DNA of 64,000 nt. Source: Octopus sinensis. Lineage: Eukaryota. Positions 11,389 through 23,599 of the stretch are shown here, in pieces (the first letter of the stretch is position 1; every line of letters begins with the position of its first letter). The stretch spans positions 160,270,001-160,334,000 of the forward strand of contig NC_042998.1 of assembly GCF_006345805.1 (NCBI RefSeq). The letters run 5' to 3'. Both the position numbers and the translations under genes were made by a program. The notes below the pieces were generated by a model. The model made no database searches and was not told the origin of the DNA. It was given only the letters and a program-made list of their open reading frames with translations.

Positions 11389-13749
11389 AAATTAAGTAAT
11401 ACTGTTGCTAGAGGAAATTTAGATTTTGTATAAAATCTGAGTATATGAATATAACAAAGGTGCTAGGTATCTCTTCTGAAAACTGTGTCAGTGTTACAAC
11501 ATGTGCCCCTAAGACTGCTGCTATCAGTGTCTGGAAATAACAAAGCTACGTTAAATTATGGTGCATTCTACATACAATGACAGAGAGGTAGTAAAAACAA
11601 AGATAAAAAATAAAGAAAAAAAAACCTCGTTTCTGCCTCAGCAGACAAAACATATGCTTGAATGAACAGGAGAAATTGTTTATGTATAATAACTAAGAGA
11701 TATCTAGAATGTGAGATTGGAAACCTAAACAATCTCATTAAGACTAATTAAAAAACAGAACGAACAAAAAAAGATACAAATAAATAGCAGACATCTCATA
11801 TTACATAGCATATAAACGAATCACTGTTAGGTACAGTATGGATGCTATACAACACACTATACAATAACAACAAATGAACATATGGGAACACATGATCAAA
11901 ATCAAAACATAAATAATGAAGTATGTGCAATTCTTATACATCTAAGACAGACCTAAACTCACTGTTATATGTAGACATATAAAGTACTCTGAATTGTAAT
12001 TATGTTTGTATAATTGCTTATAATGGCATTAGTTCATAAATGTGTAGAGACAAGTAAATTGATTGAATCAACATCAGTGTTTGTACACATTTTCATTTCA
12101 CATTGGAAGGATGAAAGGCAAATTCAACCTCTGTAGGATTTGAACTCCTGATATAAAGAGATGTAGCAGAATGCAGGAGGTATTTTCCCCCTGTGTTCTT
12201 TTGTTTCTGCTTGCCATCACTTTCAGTGATTATGATAACAATAGATGTAGTAATAATATTTTCTTGCTTGTGCACAAAACCAGAAACTTACAGGGAGGGG
12301 AAAGGGATTATGTATTATTCAGGCTTTTCTCAAAAAAACATTTGTGGCATAAATGAGAAGAATTAACTTTAAACAGTTACTGAGATTGGCTCAGAAACTC
12401 ATCTTGCTAGATGTTTATCTGTTACTCTATAACAGCAGGGCATCATAATAATAATCTTGTTCTTTTATTGGTCACCAGGGCCTAAGACATTAGGGATTGT
12501 TCAAACTACAAACAGAAGCAAAGAGTGATGGGGTATTTACATGAAGTAAGAGGTTAAGATCAACAATAACAATAAAGACATATTAATAAACAGATTACAA
12601 TAGTCATAACATTATAGAACAATAACAACAAGAACAAAAATTCCCAGATGGTGAGGAACCACATAAGGGGATGCATAGCTACTTTATGTGGTTATCTCTC
12701 ATTTGGGGATCCTCTCTTACTGTAATTTTATTGTTGTATAATGAATTCCCCCTGATACATCAAAGGCAAGAGTCTTCTTCTAGAAGACCAGGACTTTGGA
12801 TATGATAGAGCTACAAGAGTAATTAGCTGTAGGAGCATCTATGAAACGAAGTCCATGAGATGCTCAGATGGCTCACCAGATGTGGTAGATAGCTATTTTT
12901 TTCTTTCATCTAGATGACATTTAATGCTATAGGGGTTTGCAACCACAAAGAATTCTTTTTTCCAAGTCAAAGATGATGAAATGATGTTCCTTTGTTCATT
13001 CATTTGTTCACATTTCTATGTCAGCAAAGCTTGTCAGGAATTGATTTTGACACAAGATTTTAAAGTTTGATACTCTTCCTGTCACTAACCCTCATCTGTT
13101 TTACAGGTAAGGGATTTTCATATTGTACAGGTTTTTGAAAGTGCTGGTCAACTGGTCATAACATCAACAAATAGAGTCAACATCAACATTGCTTCACTCA
13201 GATGCACCAAGTGAAATAAAGTGCATGTATGCTACAGGTTTATTAGAGTTTCTGTTTATCAAATTCACCCAAAAGATATTGGTTGGCACAGGACAGTAGT
13301 AAAAAGCAATTGCCCAAGTAGTAAAACAGTAGTAAAAAGCAATTGCACAGTGGGACTGAATCTAAAACCATTTGGTTATGAAGCAAACTTTTTAATCACA
13401 CACCTATGAGCAGTGATATGTTGTAATACAAACGACCAACCCTTGCTATCATGAAAGATGGACATTAAAGCAGCAATATTGATAAAGAAAATGGAAAGGA
13501 TGAAAGTGATGTGTGTTTTTGGGACTTGAACTTAAAACAGCGGGGTATCAAGCTTGTCAAAGTAAAGCACTTACTCCTGACTTAACACATTGATCTATAC
13601 AACCACAACCCTGATGATAACAGCTGTAGGTCTTGGATGAAAGAACAGGTCGTTATATTGGCCCCATTATAGAGTCAGAACTTTATTTTATTGACTATCT
13701 TGGATGAATTTGAAATCAAAACATGTAGCTACTTGATTAAATATTGGTT

Positions 13750-14140
13750 TCAAATATTGGCACAAGGCCAATAATTTCAGGAAAGGGGGCTAGTTGATTA
13801 CATCGCCCCCCCCACCCAGTGCTCAACTGATACCTATTTTATGACCCCTAAAAGGATGAAAGGTAAAGTTGACCATAATGAAATTTGAACTCAGAACTAA
13901 AGACAGATGGAATGCTGCTAAGCATTTTGCCTGGCATGCTAATGGTTCTGCCAACTTGCTGCCTTGCAGCACCTGATTAAATTTTGGCACAAGGCCAGTA
14001 ATTTCGGGAGAGTGGGTAAGTTGATTACATCGACCCCAGTGATCAACTAGTACTTATTTTATCGACCATGAAAGGATAAAAGGCAAAGCTAACCTCAGTG
14101 GAATTTGAACTCAGAACACGAAGACGGATGAAATGCCCCA
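13750..14140 (-). mobile_element. Two tandem family-B SINEs
   Basis: Two successive ggcacaaggcca...gttgattacatcg...gaaaggat..aaggc..aag...gaatttgaactcagaac units. Confidence 0.85.
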
Positions 14141-15439
14141 AAGCTTTACAATATCTGATTAAATATTGCTAGCTATTTAGTTTATTCCTCTTTTGGCTCT
14201 GGGTTAGGTATTTATGCTGGCAGTGAAACTGAGAGTAACCCATTCTACAAATTCTGCTGGGTCTTTGATTTCCTAGGATATTTAGTTATGATGAGGAGAG
14301 ACCAAATTTAAGATGGGAAGATAACTGAGATGACAGGGTAAACTGCATGTGAGGGCAGGAAATGTTAAACTTCATACAAGGGTAATTGAAGAGAAGATTC
14401 CTGAGATGTAAAGAAAAAAAATCACTGACAAACACTTTTTATTTATTATTTATTATTAGATTTTGTATATACGTACTTTCTCTCTCTCTCTCTTCCCCTC
14501 TCTCTCTCTAACGCGCGTGCGCACACACACATTTATTTTGAGATTTGTGTCCTCTGAATGTGTGCATGCGTAGATGTGAGTGCTTGATTACAAATGCATA
14601 TATATTTGTAAGTAAATATGTGTGTACATTTGCTTTTTCTGTATGCATTATATATTTAGAAATGTGTCTAATGTATGATTGTGTTGATGTGTGCTTATCA
14701 CAAATGTATGTGTTTGTGGAGTGAGTGTATGTATTTCATATATTTGCACATGCACTAAGTATTTTTTTTATTATATAATTGTGTGTATATATGCCTGTAT
14801 ATTCATATATTTATACACATGCACTTACACACATGAAAGTGTATGTATGTTTGAAAATAGTATTCAGTTATGAATATGATGATACATGCCTATATGAAGA
14901 TGTCAGTTATCTGTAGAAAATTTGATTAATGATAGCAATATGGGACAAAACCAGTTACTTTGGTGAAACTGTAGTAAGTTATCCACAAAATGATAAATGA
15001 GATTTGGGTTTTTGTTAAGAAAAATACAAGCATGATGAATCGCACTCTAGTTCATTGGCTTCTTTGCCAAAATTTTCCATGTTTTTACTGTTAGTAAACC
15101 CCAGACAACAGGTATACATTGTATGAAAATATCCTTTGTTAACTCTTGATTTCGAATAAGTACTTTTGTAAAAAATTAGTTTTCTTTGTTCTTTTGAATT
15201 TACAAAAACATATGCACTTTACATTCATCTTCTTAAGCAGGTAAAAGAGGATAAGATGTGCCTGCAAACCCAGATAATTACATAGGACTTGCTGTGGGAA
15301 TTTATATTTTCAGTTGTTCTTATCAATAAAATTTCCACACTAATGGAAGCCTAGTAAATGTTTTCCATTGATGCAGACAGAAGCAAATGAGAAACATGTT
15401 GTACTGTCTGACATATGGTTTGAACTTATATGTTTTGGA

Positions 15440-16633
15440 TGATTTATTCTTTTACTCCTTTACTTGTTTTAGTCATTAGACTGCAGCCATGCTGGAGCAC
15501 TGACTTGAATCTTAGTCAAGCAAATTGATCCCAATATTTATTTTTAAGCCTGATACTTATTCTCTCAGTACTTTTTTGCTGAATCACTGGTTGTCAATCG
15601 GTGGTGGGGAACCCCCCCACACACATACATAAATATAAGGCATAATCAACAAGTATCCAAACTGTTGCCATAGTAACGAAGCTAAAGTATGCAGAGTGAA
15701 ACAATTTGGCAAAGATTGACCTTGAACTCTGCTGTACATGCACACTTAGTGTTCATCTTCTAGCTCACTCCTGCTGTTTACAGCAGTGCTTGGAAGGAAG
15801 GTGTGTAGCATGTAATTGTTGCATTGACCATGGCAGAGAAAACTGTCATGGCGATATCTACTCAGAGGCCTGCGCAAAGTTGCAGAAAGTATTTGGAGAA
15901 GGAGTGTATGAGCTGCACGCAGGTGTACAAGTGGTTCATATGTTTCCAAGATGGCCGAAAAAGTTGATATTGACAAATGTACTGTGCAGCTGTGAGAGGA
16001 AATCATTGAATCACCATCCTTGAGTTATCAGAGGATGTGCAGATTAGTTACAGTTCAGTTCAGTCCGTTATCACTGAAGATTTGGGTATGCGACTTGTGT
16101 CTGCCAAGTTTGTGCCAAAACTGCTTTCAGCTGACCAAAACAACACTCAGGTTTCAGTTGCACAAGATCACCTTGATTGTGTTGAAAGCAATAAAAACTT
16201 TGCATAGGCCTCTGAGCAGGTATCACCAAGCTTTTGGCAAAATTTGATGCTGATTCTCTGCTCAACTTTCTCTGTCATGATCAATACAACAATCATATGC
16301 TACACACCTTCCTTCCAAGCACTGCTGTAACCAACAGAAGTGAGCTAGAATGTTAAAACTTAGTGTACATGCACAGCAGAGTTCAAGGTTAATCTGTGTC
16401 AATCAGCTTCACTCTCCATGCTTTAGCTTCATTACTATAACAATAGTCTGGATACTTAATAATCAGACCATGTATATATATGATGGGCTTCTTTCAGTTT
16501 CTGTCTCCCAAATCAATTCACAAGGCTTTGGTTGGCCCAAGGCTATAGTAGAAGACACTTGCTCAAGGTGCTATGCAGTAGGACTGGACTTGGAGCCATG
16601 TGTTTGGGAAGCAAACTTCTTACTACACAGCCA
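15440..16633 (-). mobile_element. Family-A SINE split by a mariner insertion (tail 15440-15635, head 16473-16633)
   Basis: The tail half (tacttgttttagtcattagactgcagccatgctggagc) lies left of the mariner. The head half (gggcttctttcagtttc...tactacacagccatgcc) resumes right of it, in the internal TA tract. Confidence 0.8.
15636..16472. mobile_element. Fold-back mariner derivative with two left ends (~270-bp inverted arms)
   Basis: 16200-16472 is the reverse complement of about 15636-15890, including the transposase start (minus strand MTEKVEQRISIKFCQKLGD). The plus-strand interior encodes ITEDLGMRLVSAKFVPKLL. TA flanks both ends. Confidence 0.9.
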
Positions 16634-17084
16634 TGCCTGTGCCTATTTGATATTGTAACTGCTCTTACATTTAATGGTTGCTCAGAGGCTTAGCTTTTCA
16701 AAATTCCAAATGTCTGGACTTTCTTAGGAATGAATTGTTGTTTAGCTCCAGGTCAGCCTTATTAAAGCAGACCTATGTACAAAGGTATTCCATTCATGAC
16801 CATCCCACCATTTTTTAGAACTATGTTAGACCACATTAATTAATGAGTTCTTTATTTAAGACAATAAGGTATGATTTAAGGGAGATTTGACTGCTCTTTC
16901 TAGTAGTTTGAATGACAACATAGAGGCTTTCTAATTGACTTGGTGAATTAAGAGTTGATGCAGCTGATTGACAATCCTTATACAAGTTAAGATATTTGAG
17001 TATCTTGCTAATTACCAGGAGTTCTTGTTTGTTTCTATGACTTCATGAGGCAGAACTTATCTTTTAATTTTTATTTTTTCCTTG

Positions 17085-17430
17085 TTGCAGTCTTTGAGCT
17101 GTAGTCATGCTGGAGCACCACATCGAAGGCTTTAGTCAAACAAACTGACCCCACTACTTTTTCTTTTTTTAATGTCTGGTACTTTTTCCATTGTTCTCTT
17201 TTTGTCAAATTGCTAGATTACAGGGACATCGACAAACCAACACTGTTTGTCAAGTGATGAAGGGGGACAAACAGAAACACAAAGGTAAACACACACACAT
17301 GCACACACAACAACCTTCTTTCAGTTTCTTTCTACTAACTCCACTCACAAGGCTTTAGTCAGCCTGGTGCTATAGTAGAAGACACTTCTCCAAGGACTGA
17401 ACCCAGTTTTGTGCTTGGGAAGCAAACTTA
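17085..17430 (-). mobile_element. Family-A SINE (tail, internal CA tract, truncated head)
   Basis: Same layout as 57821-58206. Confidence 0.8.
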
Positions 17431-19808
17431 TACATATCCAGCTGTCTGTTTATACAGTCTGGTGTGTGTGTATATGTAAACAGCTGATACCATATAAACG
17501 ATAACATGCCCAACTTGAAACGGGTAAGTTATGGGTGCATATAAATACATACATGCATGCATACATGTTTACATGTGTGTACATATGTAGTATTGATTAT
17601 CTAGTGAAGACGAAAGTCAAGAATTGTGGCTTTATAAAAAGCATCTTTAGGAGAGGAATAAAAAAGGAAAAAGAAGCAATTCTTCAGGTAAAATAAGTGT
17701 GAATAAAATAGATGTTTCAAGCTAAGAATTCTTGTGTGTATAAAATCATGAGGGAGAGAGTGGTACATTTATCTACATTTCTCTTTTTTCTGTTTATTCA
17801 TGTATATGGATACCTACGGTGTATATATATATGTATATACACACACACACACATATACATATAGACTCGTGTATGTGTTTATACACTCACATATATATAA
17901 ACACACACATAAAGAGAACAAGGTTGTAGAAATAAAAAGTATGGAGAAATGAATGTTATTAGTCACCTTTCCTTAAATCATTAATAAAGGATTCCAATCG
18001 TAATTTCCAATTAATCAATTCATCATAGTGTATTGTTGATTGAGAAATGAATAGACAGATGTCAAGTGAAAACAGTTTCTTGTCTTTAAGGTGTAATCAG
18101 TTGGGCTTTAAGTCATTAATTCCTCTGCACATAGATACATGCATACTTGCATCAATACATAGATATGCATGTACATTCATTCATATATACACATATGTAT
18201 GCATGCATACATACATGTATTGCACTCTTTTGTCACTTTGTTTTGTATTGAAACTGAAGCGGACATCTTAACATTGAGCGTTCATTATTTAGTTCACTAA
18301 TGTAAAAAGCTTCAATATGTCAGAAAAACCGTTGTTTATTGTTTTTACATGGAAGGACTTATTTCACTGTTTTAATGGTCATTGCTGTTATTCATTTATC
18401 TGTTTGCTTATATATTTACATCTCTCTCTCTCTCTTTCCCCTTCATCTGCCATCTTCAATTTGTTATCCTCTCAATTCTTTCTCTTCTATTTTGAATATT
18501 TGTTTTTACTTTTTGGGGTTCCCATTCCCTCTCATTTCTTTTCACAAAAAGAACATCATAATCAAATGTTAACCTGATATTTTGGCCAAAATCTCATTGA
18601 AATGTCACCAGTGTCCACTTGATTAAGCAAGTCTCACCAATTGTCCACTTTCCACATGATCAATGTCTGAATTGTCCAATAAGTTTTCGCTGTTTAATTA
18701 AATATCTAGTTTCATTCTCTGCTAGGCTATTCTTACCTTACTTGCTTGTTACTAGATAAAGCTATCACAGAACAATGCCATCTCATAAGATTATTCATGC
18801 GATCTTGATAAAATAGATATGTAATACGACAAATGTCTAATACTTTTTCTCACCTGTATTATGGTTGGCAAATAAACTGTCTGGTTTTAATAATATTTCA
18901 CTGACTTATCTGTTAATAGTACTTTATTATGATGTTTTGATGGGAAAATCATTGATTTAATGTTCAGATATAAAGAGTCATTTAGAGAGATGTGTACACT
19001 GCTTTGGAGTGGAGTACTTCAGTTGTTTGAAATCCTGACAGGCTTGTTGCTTTGCTGTTAGTAAAAATGTTTTGTAATCACATTCACTGTTATTAAACTT
19101 TTCAGCATAGAAGTTAAGATATGTTGAATTTTAGGAGAAATTCTGTCTCAAGATGGACACTAAACCATGATGGTGCTCATTAAAAGTTCAATCAGAAATA
19201 TAAATTATATTACAATATTACAATGGCTGGGAGGTGAAAGTGCTGATTACTGATATAAGTTCAAATCTTACTACTACTACTACTACTGCTACTGCTGCTG
19301 CCGCCGCCGCCGCTGCTGCTGTCGTCATCATCATCATAACATGTTTCTAAGCATGGTACATAAACTCTGCTCACTCTAGTTTGTGTTATGATTAATTCAG
19401 AATTCGAAGCATCTTAGTTTTGGTCTGTGTTAGCAAAGGTACTAACTTTGTACTTTTTTTATTTCTTTAATTGCAATTCTGGACTCACCTAGTTTGACTG
19501 ATTGACTGACTGTTGAAGCATCTTCTACCCCTACTCCACATAATATCTGAAATCATTGAAAAGTTGATGGTAAACAGCAAGAAAGAAAAATTTAATGTTT
19601 CTTTCACTGAATGCTCTTATTGGAATTTGATAATTGTATAATATTTAAGAGAAGTATTACATAAATGTTACTAAATTTAAGGTTAAAGTAATACATGATT
19701 TTAAACTCAACACAAATAACTTAAATGTGTTATGTTCTTTTTTTTTTCCTTTTAAAAATGGAAAAAGACAATACAATATAACAATATTTAAATTGGAGTC
19801 GAGTTGAG

Positions 19809-20215
19809 TTAAATGAGGTCTTGATAGCAAATTCTAATTAAATGTTGACTGTTGGGTCTAATGAGGCTCTCGAGACCATGGCAACGAAGTCTGATGATGT
19901 TTTGACAACGGGGTCAAACAAGGCTTTGACAGTAGGGTCTAATGAGGATGTGACAGCTGCCTTTAATGAAACCTTAACTGCAGGATTTAATGAGGCTCTG
20001 ACTGTAGGATCTAATGACGCTTTGGCAACTAATTCTAATGAGGTTTTGACAGCAGGATTGAATGAAGCTTTGACAGTAGATTCAGATGAGGTTTTGATAG
20101 CAGTTCTAGTGAGGTTTTAGCAGCAGGATCTAAATGGGGTTTTGGGGGTGGGGTCTATAAGAGTTTGACTGCAGAATCTAAATGATACCTTGCTTGTAGA
20201 GTCCAATGAGATATT
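19809..20215. repeat. Degenerate 24-bp tandem repeat (about 16 units)
   Basis: Consensus about ttg aca gta gga tct aat gag gct. Reads LTVGSNEA-like on + or ASLDPTVK-like on -. Confidence 0.85.
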
Positions 20216-20339
20216 GATATTTTAAAAATAAAATGTCAGCTACAGTTACAATTTTATGTTATTCTGTTTGGTACTCTACTAAATGTTGTGCATTGATAGC
20301 AATACTTAAAATTTGGTTCTATTTTTATTTCATAGATGA

Positions 20340-20975
20340 CTGAGTAGCAACATTAGCAAAAACATGATTCGACGGTCATTCGGAATGCTCACAGCAGCCA
20401 TATTCCTACCGCTCTATGTCACGCTGGTGAGACCCATATTGGAGTACGGGATTCAAGCCTCTTCTCCTTATCTCCTCAAAGACATACAGCATCTCGAAAG
20501 AGTCCAGAAGCTGGCTACCCGCATGGTTCTTGGTCTCAAGAATTTGTCTTATGAAGAAAGGCTGAAGACGCTCGACCTTTATTCTCTAGAAAAACGACGA
20601 CGCCATGGAGATCTCATTCTTGCTCACATCATAAGCAGAAAGTGTAACCTCTCGAAAGAGCTGTTCTTCACTCCTGCTCCAGAGCGTCGGCTGCGGGGTC
20701 ATTCTGAAAAGCTCTATCTGCGACGATTTCATCTCAATCGAAGGAGAGGGGCTTTCTCCGTCTGGGTTGCGGATCCATGGAATAAGCTGCCAGACGAGAT
20801 GGTGAAGATGCCGACGACTGCTCGGTTCAAAGTCTCCCTTGACCTCAAGTGGCCTGAACTCTTTACATGAACACCACCCTGTACATAACTCCATGTCCCC
20901 CTACATGGCCTTGCTTTTTGCTTTTTGAGCCAAAAAATTAACTAACTAACTACTAACTAACTAACTAACTAACTA
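20340..20975 (+). mobile_element. 5'-truncated CR1/L2-group LINE 3' end with (CTAA)n tail
   Basis: ORF 20364-20870 has YVTLVRPILEYG, LERVQKLATRMV, SYEERL..LDLYSLEKRR.HGDLI, RLRGH..KL and WNKLP. A 3' UTR stem-loop CCATGT/ACATGG lies at 20891-20908, with an (aact)n tail to about 20975. Confidence 0.93.
20364..20870 (+). CDS. LINE ORF2 C-terminal fragment (post-RT region)
   Basis: 168-aa open frame with CR1/L2-group C-terminal motifs. It is a truncated TE fragment, not a host gene. Confidence 0.8.
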   Translation: MIRRSFGMLTAAIFLPLYVTLVRPILEYGIQASSPYLLKDIQHLERVQKLATRMVLGLKNLSYEERLKTLDLYSLEKRRRHGDLILAHIISRKCNLSKELFFTPAPERRLRGHSEKLYLRRFHLNRRRGAFSVWVADPWNKLPDEMVKMPTTARFKVSLDLKWPELFT

Positions 20976-23398
20976 TAATACAATTGTTCTTATAATTCTG
21001 ATTATGAAATTTGAAAGGCATCTAAATTCTGTTAATGTGGATAAATGCATGTAAAGCTATGAGCATAAAAGAAAAACATTCTTTCAAGGGGATGAAAAAA
21101 AGTTTAATTCTGTCAGTAATTCTGATATAAGATTTATTTTTCATTTCTAAAACAGGCCAAGATATATATTTCATTCTCTAGAAGCAACCATTTAACTCAT
21201 TTCGTAGTAGCCTGCCTCTGGTTCTGGGATGTAAATATTCTGTTTAAGGTGATCTAAATTAAAACTTCCATCTAAATTTCATGTCAATTTATGTCTCACA
21301 CATCAGTTTAATGAATTTATTTGAACAAAGCTGTTTTTCAAAATTAATTCAAATAAAGGCAGTATAATTCAACAGATATATTGTAACAAAAGGGTTCAGG
21401 TTTACACCAAAATTTAGTTCTAATATCTCAAATGCAGCAAAAACCAAGAAGCAAGGTCTCTACTGGATGTGAACCACATACCTATCATTTGCTGGGCAAC
21501 CAAGCTTGTAATTACTCAGTTTTAAAACCTAATTTACTGCAAGTATTTAAATATTTCACATATCCATTTCACAGAAGTTGTATTATTAAGTAAGTTCAAA
21601 TCTTTTCTATACACAGGAAATTATTGCTTTTCCTGTATTTTATATTTCAAGGCTTTTGACAACAACAAACTTGTGCTGGTGTACGTGACATGTTATCTTT
21701 TATGAACTTTGGTAGAGGTTACAGGGGTTGTGTTTTAATAAGCGAAATTCATTTAAAAAGAAAAGGAAATAATTTTGCTTCAAATATGCTTCATAAGAAA
21801 TTAAACATATTTTGCCCGAGGGGCTGGTTTGAATTCTCATTTGTTAATGAAGATACTTCAACTATTTTACATCTCTGAAGCTCATTAAAATTATACATAT
21901 CTATATATGTGTGTGTATATATGCACACACATGCATACATATTAATATGTGTGTGTGTGTGTGTGTATGTATCTTAATGGTGCTTGGAAATTTTTTAAAA
22001 AATCATGAAAACATGATTAAGAGAAAAATTAGTTTATAATATTTATACTATGTTTACCCTGAGGGTAGAGAAGATCAAGCTTATTAATTGTCACAAAAAA
22101 TTGCTCCTGGTTGTAAAGTTTGTCATTATTATAGACAGCGTGGACATATTTGAATAATCTATTTGTTAAAGATCTAGTTGCTATAAGTGAAACAGATTAT
22201 AGCATTTAATATTTAATAAGGAAGTAGTGTATAAAATTTTAGATTTTGATGAAAATTTTTTACTTTAGAAATACAAAAAGATGTTTGTAAGTGTATACTA
22301 GAAGTATACACTCTCTATGTAAACTAAATATGTTACTGCTAGTGTTGTTGATACAGGTGACTTATTAGGATAAATTGCTAATTCTGGTAACTATCGCTAG
22401 ACTTGTTAGACATTGAATAAAATGGTTTCAAATTTCAGCACGTGGCCAGTAATTTTATAGGGAAGAGTTTAGTTTATATCAACCCCAGTACTCAACTGGT
22501 GTTTATTTTACCTACTCTGAAAGGATGAATGGCAAGTCAATTTTGGCTCAGAAGGTAAAGATCTATAAGAAATACTGCCAAGCATTTTGTCTCATGTGCT
22601 AAATTATTCTACCAGATCACTACTTCAGACATTGAATATAATATAATGCATTGCAATATTTGTTCTTGCTCTATGTCATCTGAGTTCAAATTCTGTCATT
22701 GTTACTTTTTCTTCTTTACACTTTCAAAGTCAATAAATTAAATAATCTGGTAATCAGTGTTGACTCTGCTTCTTTCTGTCTTCCTATTTTTCTCTCACTA
22801 TTACTTTCTCTTTTGAAGAAATTGGTTGTGGATTGACTTGGAGTGAGACGGGTTCCATTAAGTATATAATTTCCCAAGACACACTGTCTCAACTGTATCC
22901 CTATGAAACAAAAAAAAAAAAAAGGAAATTTACGACAGATTTCAATATTTGTCTCCACATTCTTCTTTTTGCTATGTATGTATGTAGGTATCTAGGTAGG
23001 TAGGTAGGTTGGTAGATTACCAACCAAAGTTAAAGAGCTTCTACCTGCTCATGAGGTAAGCTATCCCATTCCAGACATCAAACCAACACTCAAACACTCC
23101 ATAAAGTGATCAAATACCACTCCTGTGACCAATGTTGTGTAGCTCATTCACGCAAAAAAAAAAAAAAAATGTACGATATGTGATTTGCAAATATAAATAA
23201 GAATTAAATATAAATAATATATATAAATATAAGAAAGGAAAAGATATGAAATTTAAAAACATAAATAAAGATTTAAATACAAATAATATATATAAGTAAA
23301 AATATACATATATATACATATAAGAAAAAAAAGTATGATATGCGAATAAGAATTAAAGGGAAGTCCTGGTTTTGTCAATTTTCATGTCACACCAGTGA

Positions 23399-23462
23399 AA
23401 GTCTTCTTGGGCCAGTAGGTGGAGGTAGTGCACTACCCCCACCTACTGGCCCAAGAAGACTT
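23399..23462. repeat. 64-bp spacerless palindrome, one mismatch
   Basis: aagtcttcttgggccagtaggtggaggtagtg|cactacccccacctactggcccaagaagactt. 31 of 32 positions pair, with mismatch A23423/C23438. Confidence 0.97.
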
Positions 23463-23599
23463 GGTAGTATGTGCAATGTATATGGGTGTCTTTTCAGAAC
23501 ATTGTATGGTTTAAAAAGCAATGATGGTTCTAAGGTGTAGGTACAAGAGGTGGTCAAACTCTGCATAAGGAGCAGACAACTGCCCTGTATGTATGGATG

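Noticed and set aside
19269-19338. Trinucleotide tract drifting ACT to GCT to GCC to CAT
   Set aside because: An ordinary compound microsatellite with no coding context.
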